The notes beneath the pieces are model-generated. The model ran no database searches and was not told where the DNA came from. It saw only the letters and a program-made list of their open reading frames with translations. The translations under genes and the position numbers were made by a program. Below, piece by piece: positions 45,227 to 54,207 of a stretch of 55,462 nucleotides of DNA. Origin of the DNA: a virus (Duplodnaviria; Heunggongvirae; Uroviricota; Caudoviricetes); the IMG/VR virus record IMGVR_UViG_3300035182_000695, positions 90,755 to 146,216 of that record, one strand, 5' to 3'. The stretch's first letter is position 1. Each line of letters opens with the position of its first letter.

Positions 45227-45270
45227 GTTTATTCATTTAGTTATTAACATTCATTCGTTAATAAATACGG

Positions 45271-45528
45271 CTAAACATTATCTTTATTCTCATCCATTTC
45301 AAAAAGCTTTTCAACCGTAGTTCCTAGAACTTCCGCTATTTTCATAGCGATAGGCAAACTTACTGATGGACTCTTTTGATTTGCTATTTTAGAGATGTGC
45401 GCTCTGTTTGAGCCAATTCTGTCAGCTAACTCTTGTTGAGTCATTTCAGCCTTGTCTAAAAATGATTGCACGTTATTTAATTTAATTGTTGCTTTTGGTT
45501 TTTTAACCTTTTTTGCTTTCGTCGCCAT
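45271..45528 (-). CDS. Cro/C1-type (XRE) HTH transcriptional regulator
   Basis: MTQQELADRIGSNRAHISKIANQK...IAMKIAEVLGTTVEKLF. Confidence 0.9.
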   Translation of the reverse strand: MATKAKKVKKPKATIKLNNVQSFLDKAEMTQQELADRIGSNRAHISKIANQKSPSVSLPIAMKIAEVLGTTVEKLFEMDENKDNV

Positions 45529-45814
45529 TATGTGTTTCTTTTTTTATTTTTAAATAACTCTGTGATTTCAAATACTCTTCATTCGCCACATATACAACTC
45601 CTTCTTTAAGATGCCATTCAACCGCTTTAACAATTGCTGTATCTATAATGTTGAATCTAATATTTCTCTGCGCTCGCTTTATAGATAAAGGTTCGTTTTC
45701 AAACAATTCTATCTCTATATCTGAGTCGTATGCTCTTACGAATGCTTTTGTTCTTATTTTACCATCAAGATTTGTTTCCAGTACTACTACCATTTGCTTG
45801 CTTTCTTGTTTCAA
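45503..45814 (-). CDS. Hypothetical protein
   Basis: Fits the packing; the start is probably the Met at 45793. Confidence 0.55.
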   Translation of the reverse strand: MKQESKQMVVVLETNLDGKIRTKAFVRAYDSDIEIELFENEPLSIKRAQRNIRFNIIDTAIVKAVEWHLKEGVVYVANEEYLKSQSYLKIKKETHNGDESKKG

Positions 45815-46343
45815 AAATGTATAACCCTGTTGATTTATGCTCTACTTCACTCGTTTGTATTCTGTTATTAAACATAAATTCATCAGTTTCTTCTTTTGTG
45901 AAGCCTGACAAAATTACGAATTTTTTTTCATTTATTTTAAAAGATGACACATTATCTAAGTCGAGATAGTAATAATCCTCGCTAGATATTTTTTGATTAA
46001 GTTCAATTGATTTATGTTTTATAATAGCTTGAATCTCAGAGAACTCTTTTATTAAGTCATCATCCCACTCCAAATAACCGGATAGTTTTTTTAATATGTG
46101 TATTACGTTTGCATGATTGTAGCCGAAAAAATTACCAAGCTCAGTTGAGCCTGTTTTAATATTTTTGTTACAGAAATGTACGCAGTAGTGTTTTATTCTC
46201 ATTATCTCTGGCTTTCTAGTTTTAATTTCAAAACTAGATTTGTCAGTCTTGTAATAAGCACATACAACGTCGATAATGAAATTAAACATTCTCTCTCTGT
46301 AAGGCTCATCTCCTGTTAGTTTATTAGTACTTGTCTTTGTCAT
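45765..46343 (-). CDS. DnaA C-terminal (domain IV)-like HTH protein
   Basis: IIDVVCAYY...TRKPEIMRIKH...ELGNFFGYNHANVIH; start moved to MTKTS. Confidence 0.7.
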   Translation of the reverse strand: MTKTSTNKLTGDEPYRERMFNFIIDVVCAYYKTDKSSFEIKTRKPEIMRIKHYCVHFCNKNIKTGSTELGNFFGYNHANVIHILKKLSGYLEWDDDLIKEFSEIQAIIKHKSIELNQKISSEDYYYLDLDNVSSFKINEKKFVILSGFTKEETDEFMFNNRIQTSEVEHKSTGLYIFETRKQANGSSTGNKS

Positions 46344-46353
46344 TCTGTCTTGT

Positions 46354-47925
46354 TTAAAATATAGGGCTTCCGTCAGCATTAGAATTGCTATTTCCAACTA
46401 TTGGCGCATTTGTTGTTTCTGCTATTACAGATTCTGATTTGTCAGTTAAAAAACTTTCGTTATTCTGTATTGATTTTGTTTGAGAAGTAGGAATATCTTC
46501 TGTGTTTTTTCCGCCAGTTGACTCAGCGCCATCCCAATTACTTATTGAAGTTGTAGAACCGTGCCATCTTACAAGTAAATCGCCTATTGAGCCACCTCTC
46601 ATTTTTGCTATCATTTTAACAAGTAATCCGTCGCTAGGAATTTCTGCGCCCTTATGCTCGAATGTTGGAATCTCATAGTATTGCGGTCTATATAAAAATA
46701 TAACCATATCAGCATCTTGCTCAATCGAGCCTGACTCTCTCAAATCGCTTAATTGAGGTATCTTTAATCCAGGTCTTGTTTCTACACTTCTACTCAATTG
46801 TGATAGTGCAATGATTGGTATATCAAGCTCTTTTGATAATTTTTTAATACCCCTAGTTATCTTTGATATTTCTTGTTCTCGATTAGTAAACTCACTTTCT
46901 ACGCCGTCCATTAGCTGCAAGTAATCAATTATGATTAACTTAATACCTTTTTCACGTTTTGCTTTATGCGCCTTACTTCTTAATCTTCCTATTGATAGCG
47001 ATGCTGTATCGTCAATGTGTAACGGTATCTTATCAAAATCAATTGTTTCTTTTTTAACGGTAGATAATTCGTAAGTATCTACTGTATTGTTATGTATTTT
47101 CTGAGAGCTTACGCCGCTGTATTTCGACATTACACGAGCAACAAGTTCCGTTCTTGACATCTCTAAAGAAAAAAACATTACCGGTATGCCTAATGAAGCT
47201 GGATAAACTGCGTAATCTAATGCTACTGCTGTTTTACCCATTCCAGGACGTGCTGCGAGAACAATCATACCTGCCCTCCATCCGTTCGTATGTTTATGTA
47301 ACGAATTAATTGAAATGGGAACTCCTGTGACCGTTCCATTCATTAAAACGTCCATGTTTTGTTCGATAACTTCGTCTTTTATTTCGCCTAGAGTCAAGCA
47401 CTCGTTACTCTCAACTCCATTTTCTAAATTTGAAATACTGCTTGCTGTTGATTCTATCAAGTCAAAACAATCTGTACTATCTTCGTATGCGTCTTTTATA
47501 GCGTGAGTTGAAATACGAATAACTTCCCTCGCAAGAAATTTCTGTATAACAATTCGTGCGTGATATTCAATATTGGCCGTTGATGCAATTCTATTTGTTA
47601 ATGATGACACATAAAACGAACCGCCAACAATTTCTAAATCGCCACTTCTTTTTAACTCTTGCGTTATTGTTAGAATATCAATTGGCTTACCTAATGTTGC
47701 CGTTCTTATTACCGCCGCATATATAATTTGATTTTGCTCCTTATAAAAATGCTCTTCTTTTAAAAATGTTCCAACTGTATCATAAGCTTCTTTCTCTAAA
47801 AGAATGGCGCCTAATACAGCTTCTTCGAGTTCAACGGCCTGTGGCTGCAATTTACCAATCTCGTTTGTTACAAGTGGCTGATACAACTTCTTTCTTGTTT
47901 TATTATTTCCTTCCGCTTTCATCAT
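46354..47925 (-). CDS. dnaB: Replicative DNA helicase DnaB
   Basis: LEEAVLGAIL N-domain, LAARPGMGKT, FFSLEM, IIIDYLQL, LSQLSR, SDLRESGSIEQDAD. Confidence 0.95.
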   Translation of the reverse strand: MMKAEGNNKTRKKLYQPLVTNEIGKLQPQAVELEEAVLGAILLEKEAYDTVGTFLKEEHFYKEQNQIIYAAVIRTATLGKPIDILTITQELKRSGDLEIVGGSFYVSSLTNRIASTANIEYHARIVIQKFLAREVIRISTHAIKDAYEDSTDCFDLIESTASSISNLENGVESNECLTLGEIKDEVIEQNMDVLMNGTVTGVPISINSLHKHTNGWRAGMIVLAARPGMGKTAVALDYAVYPASLGIPVMFFSLEMSRTELVARVMSKYSGVSSQKIHNNTVDTYELSTVKKETIDFDKIPLHIDDTASLSIGRLRSKAHKAKREKGIKLIIIDYLQLMDGVESEFTNREQEISKITRGIKKLSKELDIPIIALSQLSRSVETRPGLKIPQLSDLRESGSIEQDADMVIFLYRPQYYEIPTFEHKGAEIPSDGLLVKMIAKMRGGSIGDLLVRWHGSTTSISNWDGAESTGGKNTEDIPTSQTKSIQNNESFLTDKSESVIAETTNAPIVGNSNSNADGSPIF

Positions 47926-47932
47926 GTTTTTT

Positions 47933-48538
47933 TTAATCTATTGCCGCTCTTTTAGTTCCGCTAGATATTGAAGGGTTTACTTTTGCCGCTTTTCCAATCC
48001 AATTTATACAATGTTTTGCGCACTCTTGTTCGTTAGGATATGTCTTGTTAATTGCTGACTGTTCTTTTACAAAAAGATTAATCAGCTCTTTTACTTTAGA
48101 TATGCTTTTTGCTTTATCAACATCGAACTTGTTTTTCATAGCACAAAGGTCAATTAAAGTTTCATTTGCAAGAAGTTTGTCCTTCAAATCTTTAACCGGA
48201 ATAAAACTATACGTCGTACCTGTGTACGACTCTTTTTCGTCTTTATCAAGTTTTGATTTATCAATGTATTTGCCCCAAGTATTATTAAACAATAATTTAT
48301 TTCCGTTAACACTTATTAAACAAGCTTCTTCGAGTTCTTTTATTTGTTTCTTAAAGCCAGTGAAGTCAATTTCTTCGCTAGTAAACTCGAACGCTACGGA
48401 ATTTACAATTGTAGCTTTCTTGTCTTTAAAATAATACATTAAGCAATTTATGTAAAAGCTTTTTGATGACGAAGACATATCTAAGCCAGTACTTTCAAAT
48501 ATTTTTTGTATTGCTGCTAAGCTAATTAGTTCGAGCAT
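47933..48538 (-). CDS. Putative replication initiator or helicase loader
   Basis: Directly upstream of dnaB; wHTH-like N-terminus; mainly positional inference. Confidence 0.45.
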   Translation of the reverse strand: MLELISLAAIQKIFESTGLDMSSSSKSFYINCLMYYFKDKKATIVNSVAFEFTSEEIDFTGFKKQIKELEEACLISVNGNKLLFNNTWGKYIDKSKLDKDEKESYTGTTYSFIPVKDLKDKLLANETLIDLCAMKNKFDVDKAKSISKVKELINLFVKEQSAINKTYPNEQECAKHCINWIGKAAKVNPSISSGTKRAAID

Positions 48539-48547
48539 TTTTTATTT

Positions 48548-49333
48548 TTAAGGTGCGACATTCCAAAACAAAATATTACCTTCTCTTTCTTTTATATATT
48601 CCCACGCCTTTGCGTCGTATGTTTTTGCACTTTTAAACGGTGGAAGTATTTTCGTTTCTTTTCCAAAATCTAATTTGTGATAAAATACAGTTGCTCTTCC
48701 TAGTTCTCTTTCAGATAATTTATGGCCGACTCCTACTGTAAAAACCTTAGAGTCAGGAAACGACATCTGTAAACATCTCGACAATGTTCCCGAACCTGCA
48801 ACAGACCAAACCTCATCAGGAGTTTCTATTTTAAGTGACTCAATTGTTTTTATTGCGCAAGCAACGATGATTTCATTATCGAATCCAAATGGCGCAAGAA
48901 CAGCTTGTTTGTTTTGTAACACATACTTACTCGACTTTGATTTTAAAACATTACTCATCCCCATTGTAACCCAATGAATAGTCGCTCCAAGCTCTAATGC
49001 TTTTTTTTGATATGCGTGCAATTTATCCATACTTCGTTCCGGCTCGAACAAAACACACTTCTTATTGTATTTAGCACAAGTATAAGCTAACGATATTTGA
49101 GCAAAGCCAGTTGTAGGAGATGCGTAAACTATCTCTTCGTAAGGACACTCTTTAATGTATTTATCGACAAACCTAGCTTTAGAGCCAAAATCAAACAACC
49201 CGTCGTTTACGACTGTAATGTTGTTATATTTTTCAATTACAGGTTTCTCGTTAGGGTCAAACCAATCGTTCACTAATAATGACAACTCATCTTTAGTGAA
49301 CGATTTATTTTCAGGAGATATGTATGTAAGCAT
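48548..49333 (-). CDS. PLP-dependent enzyme (cysteine synthase/threonine dehydratase fold type II)
   Basis: GSKAR (Schiff-base Lys), PTTGFAQISLA, WSVAGSGTL phosphate loop. Confidence 0.7.
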   Translation of the reverse strand: MLTYISPENKSFTKDELSLLVNDWFDPNEKPVIEKYNNITVVNDGLFDFGSKARFVDKYIKECPYEEIVYASPTTGFAQISLAYTCAKYNKKCVLFEPERSMDKLHAYQKKALELGATIHWVTMGMSNVLKSKSSKYVLQNKQAVLAPFGFDNEIIVACAIKTIESLKIETPDEVWSVAGSGTLSRCLQMSFPDSKVFTVGVGHKLSERELGRATVFYHKLDFGKETKILPPFKSAKTYDAKAWEYIKEREGNILFWNVAP

Positions 49334-49334
49334 A

Positions 49335-50168
49335 CTATTTAGCAGGAGCTAATTCTACAATCTCAACTTTTGGATAGTAAAGAACGCCAGCTTTTTCTAC
49401 TGTGAATGTTCCTTTTGTTTTGTGTCTTGATATAACAACACCTGTGATAGTCTTGTTTAATCGTTTGCTATGAAATTGAACTTTAGCTCCAATACTAACA
49501 ACTGCACCAGATTTTGTTTTAACATCAGGTAATGCAGTTTTTTCTTTTTTAGCTGGCGCTGCTTTTTTCACAACTTCTTTTTTCGATGGCGCTGCTTTTT
49601 TAGCCGCAGGAACATCTTTCTTAACAGCAAGTGGCTTTTTAACGGCAGCTGCTTTTTCCGGCTTGTGGTCAGCGATTTCTTTTTTCAAATCAACAATCTT
49701 TTTCTCAAGAGATTTTAATAAGATTGGATTGTTTTTTACGTTGTCTTTTACAACTTGACTCTCAGCTAATGCTAAGTTTTTCTTTAATTCTTCGATTGTT
49801 TTCATTGGTTCTTCTGTTTTTAAATTGTTTGTACTTTCCTCCGTTTTTGGATTATTTGTACTTTCTTCTGTTTTTGGATTGTTTGTTGTTTCTTCTTTTG
49901 TTGTTGTTTCTTCTTTTTTTGGAGCGCTTGTTGTTTCTTCTTTTGACTCTTTAATTTTACTGTTGTTAAATTTACGGTTTAATTCTTTTACTGCATCGTC
50001 TATCGATGGAAATCCGTTCGCAGTAATTCCATCCTTTTCAGCAGAATACTTTCTTGTTATTTTAGCGTCATCTTTGTCTGAATCTGCATACGAATCAATT
50101 TTAATATTAATCGTTTCGTCTTTGCTGTATTTTTCTTCTACAAGCCCTTTGTGAATTTGTTTTGCCAT
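49335..50168 (-). CDS. Basic protein with T/E/N repeats and K/A/P-rich histone-like segment
   Basis: TNNPKTEES repeats; AAAVKKPLAVKK...KKAAPAKK. Confidence 0.65.
   Translation of the reverse strand: MAKQIHKGLVEEKYSKDETINIKIDSYADSDKDDAKITRKYSAEKDGITANGFPSIDDAVKELNRKFNNSKIKESKEETTSAPKKEETTTKEETTNNPKTEESTNNPKTEESTNNLKTEEPMKTIEELKKNLALAESQVVKDNVKNNPILLKSLEKKIVDLKKEIADHKPEKAAAVKKPLAVKKDVPAAKKAAPSKKEVVKKAAPAKKEKTALPDVKTKSGAVVSIGAKVQFHSKRLNKTITGVVISRHKTKGTFTVEKAGVLYYPKVEIVELAPAK
49809..49910 (-). repeat. Imperfect 30-nt in-frame tandem repeat (STNNPKTEE)
   Basis: Repeated ctgtttttggattgtttgt-like units; boundaries approximate. Confidence 0.75.
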
Positions 50169-50176
50169 TTGTTTTT

Positions 50177-51229
50177 TTATTTGATTAGTGATTTATCTTT
50201 TCGTAATACGATTACAGTTTCTGTTGCGTGTTCAATTATTTTAACTCCATCAACCATTTTAGTTCTTGCTTGCATAGGAAATATGTCGTTCTCTATGTGA
50301 ACAAATCCATTCTCGCAGGCAACGTCTATTGTAGGTTGCACTAAAGGAAATGTTTTCGAGTTAATCTTTACATCTTCAATGTTTATAATGCAGGTAGCGC
50401 CATCCTTTAGTACTTTAAATTGCGTGCGAATCATTGGTTTTAAGAAGCCTTCAATCCAAGCATCATAATCACTATATCTGTTACAGGATTGTGTATCTTC
50501 TTTCGAGTAAATTTCTTTTTTGAAGTAAGGCGGCGAAGTAAATGAGAAGTCGCAGGTTTCGAGAATATTATCAACATTTAAGTCTTCTATTGGAGAGTTA
50601 AATAACGTAACTTCTTTATTATTCTTTAAGTCGTTTGCTAATCGAACATTTGCTGCGTATGTCAATGTATTAGGGTCTGTTCCGAAATAAGCTTTACAAT
50701 GGCTTGCTAAAAAGCCTACAAGTCTTCCTCCGTAGCCAGTTGATGAATCAAATACAACTCCGTATTTTGGTGCATATTTGTTATAAAGCATTCTAGCAAA
50801 TCCTGGTCTGAAATTTGAACACGCCTGAGTGCCGTTAACTAAAGACATAAATCCTAAATATCCATATTCAAATGTTTCACTCGACGCATATTGTTTACTC
50901 AACACTTTTTTTAATCTGTCATCGTTGTTAAATGAATCAAAAGGACTATTCATATTTATTGCAGACGAATGAAAACGATGTCTGTTATATGTGTCTGCTA
51001 TTCTATACCCTACACGAGTGTTTAAGCAATCTTTTTGAGATAAGTTCGTTAACTTATTTAATTCCATTTTACATTTGAATAGTGGAAGGTGAGGATAAGG
51101 GAAACCTCTCTCTCTAAAATCGTGAAATGCTGTTTCGAGAATTTCTTCCGGAGAAAATAATTCTTGCTTTACGCCATCTTGCACGATATATGTCTCTCCA
51201 AATAAATCTTCGTTTAAGTGTTCTGCCAT
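50177..51229 (-). CDS. SAM-dependent (amino) DNA methyltransferase-like protein
   Basis: VFDSSTGYGGRL (SAM-binding) and FTSPPYF (motif IV). Confidence 0.75.
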   Translation of the reverse strand: MAEHLNEDLFGETYIVQDGVKQELFSPEEILETAFHDFRERGFPYPHLPLFKCKMELNKLTNLSQKDCLNTRVGYRIADTYNRHRFHSSAINMNSPFDSFNNDDRLKKVLSKQYASSETFEYGYLGFMSLVNGTQACSNFRPGFARMLYNKYAPKYGVVFDSSTGYGGRLVGFLASHCKAYFGTDPNTLTYAANVRLANDLKNNKEVTLFNSPIEDLNVDNILETCDFSFTSPPYFKKEIYSKEDTQSCNRYSDYDAWIEGFLKPMIRTQFKVLKDGATCIINIEDVKINSKTFPLVQPTIDVACENGFVHIENDIFPMQARTKMVDGVKIIEHATETVIVLRKDKSLIK

Positions 51230-51230
51230 A

Positions 51231-51623
51231 CTATTTACTGTTTAAAAAATTAGCAACTTCGTCTAAGTTTGATAAAAAAGTTGCGCCGTTAGATTCAACA
51301 ATACCACAAACTTGTTTTAAACTCTTCAATTGATGTTCTGTGAACTTTTCTTTTCCGTCTTTCTCAAGAACACAAAGAATTGTTTTCTTAGGTCTTTTAT
51401 TACTGTCATCAACAACTTCCGCTATTGAAAAAACGCCTGTCATTTTCGGCGTGATTACATACAAACAAAAATCACAAGATTTTCTTTGTTTAACTTCCTG
51501 TTTCATACACTCAGGAGTCCAGTCTTTTACGACAGGATTAAAGAAGTCAATTTTTAATTTAGCAATCAACTTGTCTCTCCACGTTGATTCATTACAGGTA
51601 CCACCCAAAAACACTCGTTTCAT
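51231..51623 (-). CDS. Nucleoside 2-deoxyribosyltransferase-like protein
   Basis: VFLGGTCNESTWR...FFNPVVKDW...SIAEVVD. Confidence 0.75.
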   Translation of the reverse strand: MKRVFLGGTCNESTWRDKLIAKLKIDFFNPVVKDWTPECMKQEVKQRKSCDFCLYVITPKMTGVFSIAEVVDDSNKRPKKTILCVLEKDGKEKFTEHQLKSLKQVCGIVESNGATFLSNLDEVANFLNSK

Positions 51624-51645
51624 AATTTATTTTTTTTAACTTATT

Positions 51646-52155
51646 TTACATTGTTAACTCAGAATATAAAAACAACTGAGGATTTTTTGATTTGCCATTG
51701 TACATCATAGCTAAAGGATGATACGGCGTCTTATTATTGTTTACGCCAAAGCATTTTGCGTTTGGATAATTAGGTAACACATCTTTAATTCTTTCTCCGG
51801 CTTGTTTGAAACTTCCCCAACAAACTATAACATCGTCGCAAATTGACTCAACTTCTTTTAATTTATTTTCATTGTCACCTAGTGCATCTACGCAAGTTAG
51901 TAAGTCTTCTGGACTTGATGAAATGAATGCGAATAAATTTGTCATATAAAACCCGCCATACCCTAATTTTGAAAGCATCATTCGTAAATAATTTATTGTA
52001 GGGTCGTTCTTGTTTGAATTTGCGGTTGAAGGATTTAATCCTATACACATAGCTTTAGGCAATTCATCGTTCCACACTCTCCATAATTTATAGCGATACT
52101 TGCCACAATTAGAGAACTCAGCGCCATTATTGTTATTATCAAATAAATCAGTCAT
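51646..52155 (-). CDS. DUF1643-family protein
   Basis: YRYKLWRVW, IGLNPSTA...DPT, NLFAF, CWG, PYHPL. Confidence 0.85.
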   Translation of the reverse strand: MTDLFDNNNNGAEFSNCGKYRYKLWRVWNDELPKAMCIGLNPSTANSNKNDPTINYLRMMLSKLGYGGFYMTNLFAFISSSPEDLLTCVDALGDNENKLKEVESICDDVIVCWGSFKQAGERIKDVLPNYPNAKCFGVNNNKTPYHPLAMMYNGKSKNPQLFLYSELTM

Positions 52156-52436
52156 TAGTGATTTTTACAATTTTGTTTGTGAATTATTCCGTATGTATTA
52201 TAAAGTAAATATTCGCAACCCTCAACTTCAACAACTTGTATACCTTCATTATAATTCCTTGCCGATGATACTTCCATTTCTTTTGTTGTTGTTTCTGTAC
52301 CTAAAACCGATTCCAATTTAGCAACAATAGAGTCTGCGCCTCTTCGAGCCTTCTCATTTCTCTCACGAACTTCTTCTAAGCTAGGTCCACAAGATAATAG
52401 CGTTGATATTGATATTGAAATTAATATTTTTTTCAT
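52155..52436 (-). CDS. Putative lipoprotein
   Basis: MKKILISISISTLLSC lipobox; start moved to MKKIL. Confidence 0.65.
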   Translation of the reverse strand: MKKILISISISTLLSCGPSLEEVRERNEKARRGADSIVAKLESVLGTETTTKEMEVSSARNYNEGIQVVEVEGCEYLLYNTYGIIHKQNCKNH

Positions 52437-52438
52437 AC

Positions 52439-52906
52439 TTAGTCGTTTAAAAAAAATGGAACTTCTCTGTTTTTCCATTTGTGTAGATGAGATTTATGTT
52501 TTTTATAATATAATCGATAGCACTCTACCGCATCATCACTTATTCTGCAATCATCTGGCATTGCTAGTGCGTGCTTTGTTATTCCGATTGATTCAATAAA
52601 AGGCAAATCGATATAACACGATTCAATTACTTTTTCGCAAGCGTGCTGCTTACCATATCTAAAAGTATATTCTTTACATAACGATAATCCTAATTCACAC
52701 AACCACATATAATTATCAATCGACTCAAGTAACCACTTTACGCAAGGATGATTTTGATAACAAGGTTTATATTTAGCTTCGCCGCCAGTCATCCAAATAA
52801 CAGTACAAAGCATTTGAGCAGTTTCTACTGGCATTTTTACAATATGACTGTTTGTATGAAAGACGCTAATCTTATCGATGTCGTTATCTAGGACGAAAAT
52901 ATTCAT
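52439..52906 (-). CDS. Pyrimidine-dimer DNA glycosylase (DenV/endonuclease V-like)
   Basis: MNIFVLD...HIVKMPVETAQML...HPC..W...LAMPD...YRLYY. Confidence 0.75.
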   Translation of the reverse strand: MNIFVLDNDIDKISVFHTNSHIVKMPVETAQMLCTVIWMTGGEAKYKPCYQNHPCVKWLLESIDNYMWLCELGLSLCKEYTFRYGKQHACEKVIESCYIDLPFIESIGITKHALAMPDDCRISDDAVECYRLYYKKHKSHLHKWKNREVPFFLND

Positions 52907-52923
52907 TGAAAATCTATGTTATA

Positions 52924-52931
52924 CAAATGTA
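52924..52931 (-). promoter_or_regulatory. Bacteroidota -7 promoter box TACATTTG
   Basis: caaatgta, 18 nt upstream of the 52906 start. Confidence 0.55.
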
Positions 52932-53022
52932 CGACATTCTTTTTTAATAAAAAAATAAATTGTTTAAAAATATTGTAACCTATTGAAAATCAGTTATTGA
53001 ATTTAAACATTAGGTTTTTGAA

Positions 53023-53472
53023 TTATTGTTCAGATTTAGGCTCTTCCTTATTTAAGTCGTCCTTTAGCTTCGACATTCTATCGTAAATTGGAACTGCGAT
53101 TTCTATTAAATCGTCTGATAACTTACCGACTTTTGATGTACAAAGTCCTGCGTCTATTGCAGCAACTAATATATCTTTTGCGTAACTAAATGCTAACCCG
53201 ATAATGTCGGATTGTTTTGTTTGATATACTTTTTTTGTCATCGATTCATTTATTGGTTCAACTTGCTTAACTATCGTTAACTTTAATTTATCATTCATCG
53301 TGTAAGTAAGTTCTTTACCTACCGCAACTTCTGTTGGCATTTTTCTGATGTGATAATAATTTCCTTCCTCGTTATTCTCAAATACTACTTTGTGAATGTA
53401 GAGCGTTGCGTTTTGAGGAGTAACCCACTCTTTCGTGAATTCGCAACTTTTTACTTTACTTGTCTTTTCCAT
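53023..53472 (-). CDS. Putative OB-fold ssDNA-binding protein
   Basis: Beta-rich N-terminus (VKSCEFTKEW...HKVVFEN...VGKELTY) plus C-terminal helices. Confidence 0.4.
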   Translation of the reverse strand: MEKTSKVKSCEFTKEWVTPQNATLYIHKVVFENNEEGNYYHIRKMPTEVAVGKELTYTMNDKLKLTIVKQVEPINESMTKKVYQTKQSDIIGLAFSYAKDILVAAIDAGLCTSKVGKLSDDLIEIAVPIYDRMSKLKDDLNKEEPKSEQ

Positions 53473-53484
53473 ACTTATTTATTT

Positions 53485-54204
53485 TTATTTTATTACTTTT
53501 TTAAATGTTACGTTTTCGTCAGTCAGCATTTTTTCAACTAATTTACAATTTTCAGAGCCAACGAAAGATATACAATCAACATTATAATCTACAAAGTCAT
53601 CGCCTAACTTAAATGCTATTTTATCCATTATCTCATAAGTTCTGTTTCTTATATCGTTATAAATAGATTTATGCACTTGATTTCCAACAATAACTAGCTT
53701 TTTACCTGTTTTTTTTGTCCCGATATATCCATCCAACGTCTTACTATTTCCACGAACACTTAATGCCATGCAATAAAGCTGTTTTAAAGCGTCGTTTTTA
53801 TTTTTAAGCTCTAAACCCTTATTGTATGTATTTTCGCTTATATAGCCGCTTATAAATGCTATTCTCCAGTATGCGTGATTGATGTCGTATGAGTATTTTT
53901 TCTTTTTTGAATCTTTTAGAGTTTTATTTGCCCAATAAGGTCTACATTGTTCTATAAATGTTGGATTTTTATTCTCACTAATCCATTTATCGAAATCTTT
54001 TTTAACCATTCCGAATAAAAACAATCCTTTTTGAAAATCACCTTGCTGTGAAAACGACATAGACTCTCCGCTATAATAAACGTAAGTCGTATTTTCAAGC
54101 TTTTTAAAAAAATATTCTTGATTGTACGTTGATAACTTATTTAAAATCAATTTTGAATCGCTACCGCTGTAATTGAATTTCATTTCTTCGCTCTTGAGTA
54201 TCAT
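53485..54204 (-). CDS. Minimal family-B DNA polymerase-like palm protein
   Basis: SYDINHAY (motif A-like), K.L...L..RG (motif B-like), YNVDCI (motif C-like); no exonuclease domain. Confidence 0.5.
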   Translation of the reverse strand: MILKSEEMKFNYSGSDSKLILNKLSTYNQEYFFKKLENTTYVYYSGESMSFSQQGDFQKGLFLFGMVKKDFDKWISENKNPTFIEQCRPYWANKTLKDSKKKKYSYDINHAYWRIAFISGYISENTYNKGLELKNKNDALKQLYCMALSVRGNSKTLDGYIGTKKTGKKLVIVGNQVHKSIYNDIRNRTYEIMDKIAFKLGDDFVDYNVDCISFVGSENCKLVEKMLTDENVTFKKVIK

Positions 54205-54207
54205 ATC

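Noticed and set aside
46354-46390. SNADG at the DnaB C-terminus
   Set aside because: A single occurrence in a low-complexity tail of a non-structural enzyme; shows the motif can arise by chance, so it was not counted
529-53541. Many plus-strand track ORFs (e.g. 529..864, 7112..7408, 10552..10959, 22305..22742, 42967..43371, 44023..44472)
   Set aside because: Antisense shadows of well-packed minus-strand genes; their hydrophobic bias mirrors Lys/Glu-rich codons on the other strand
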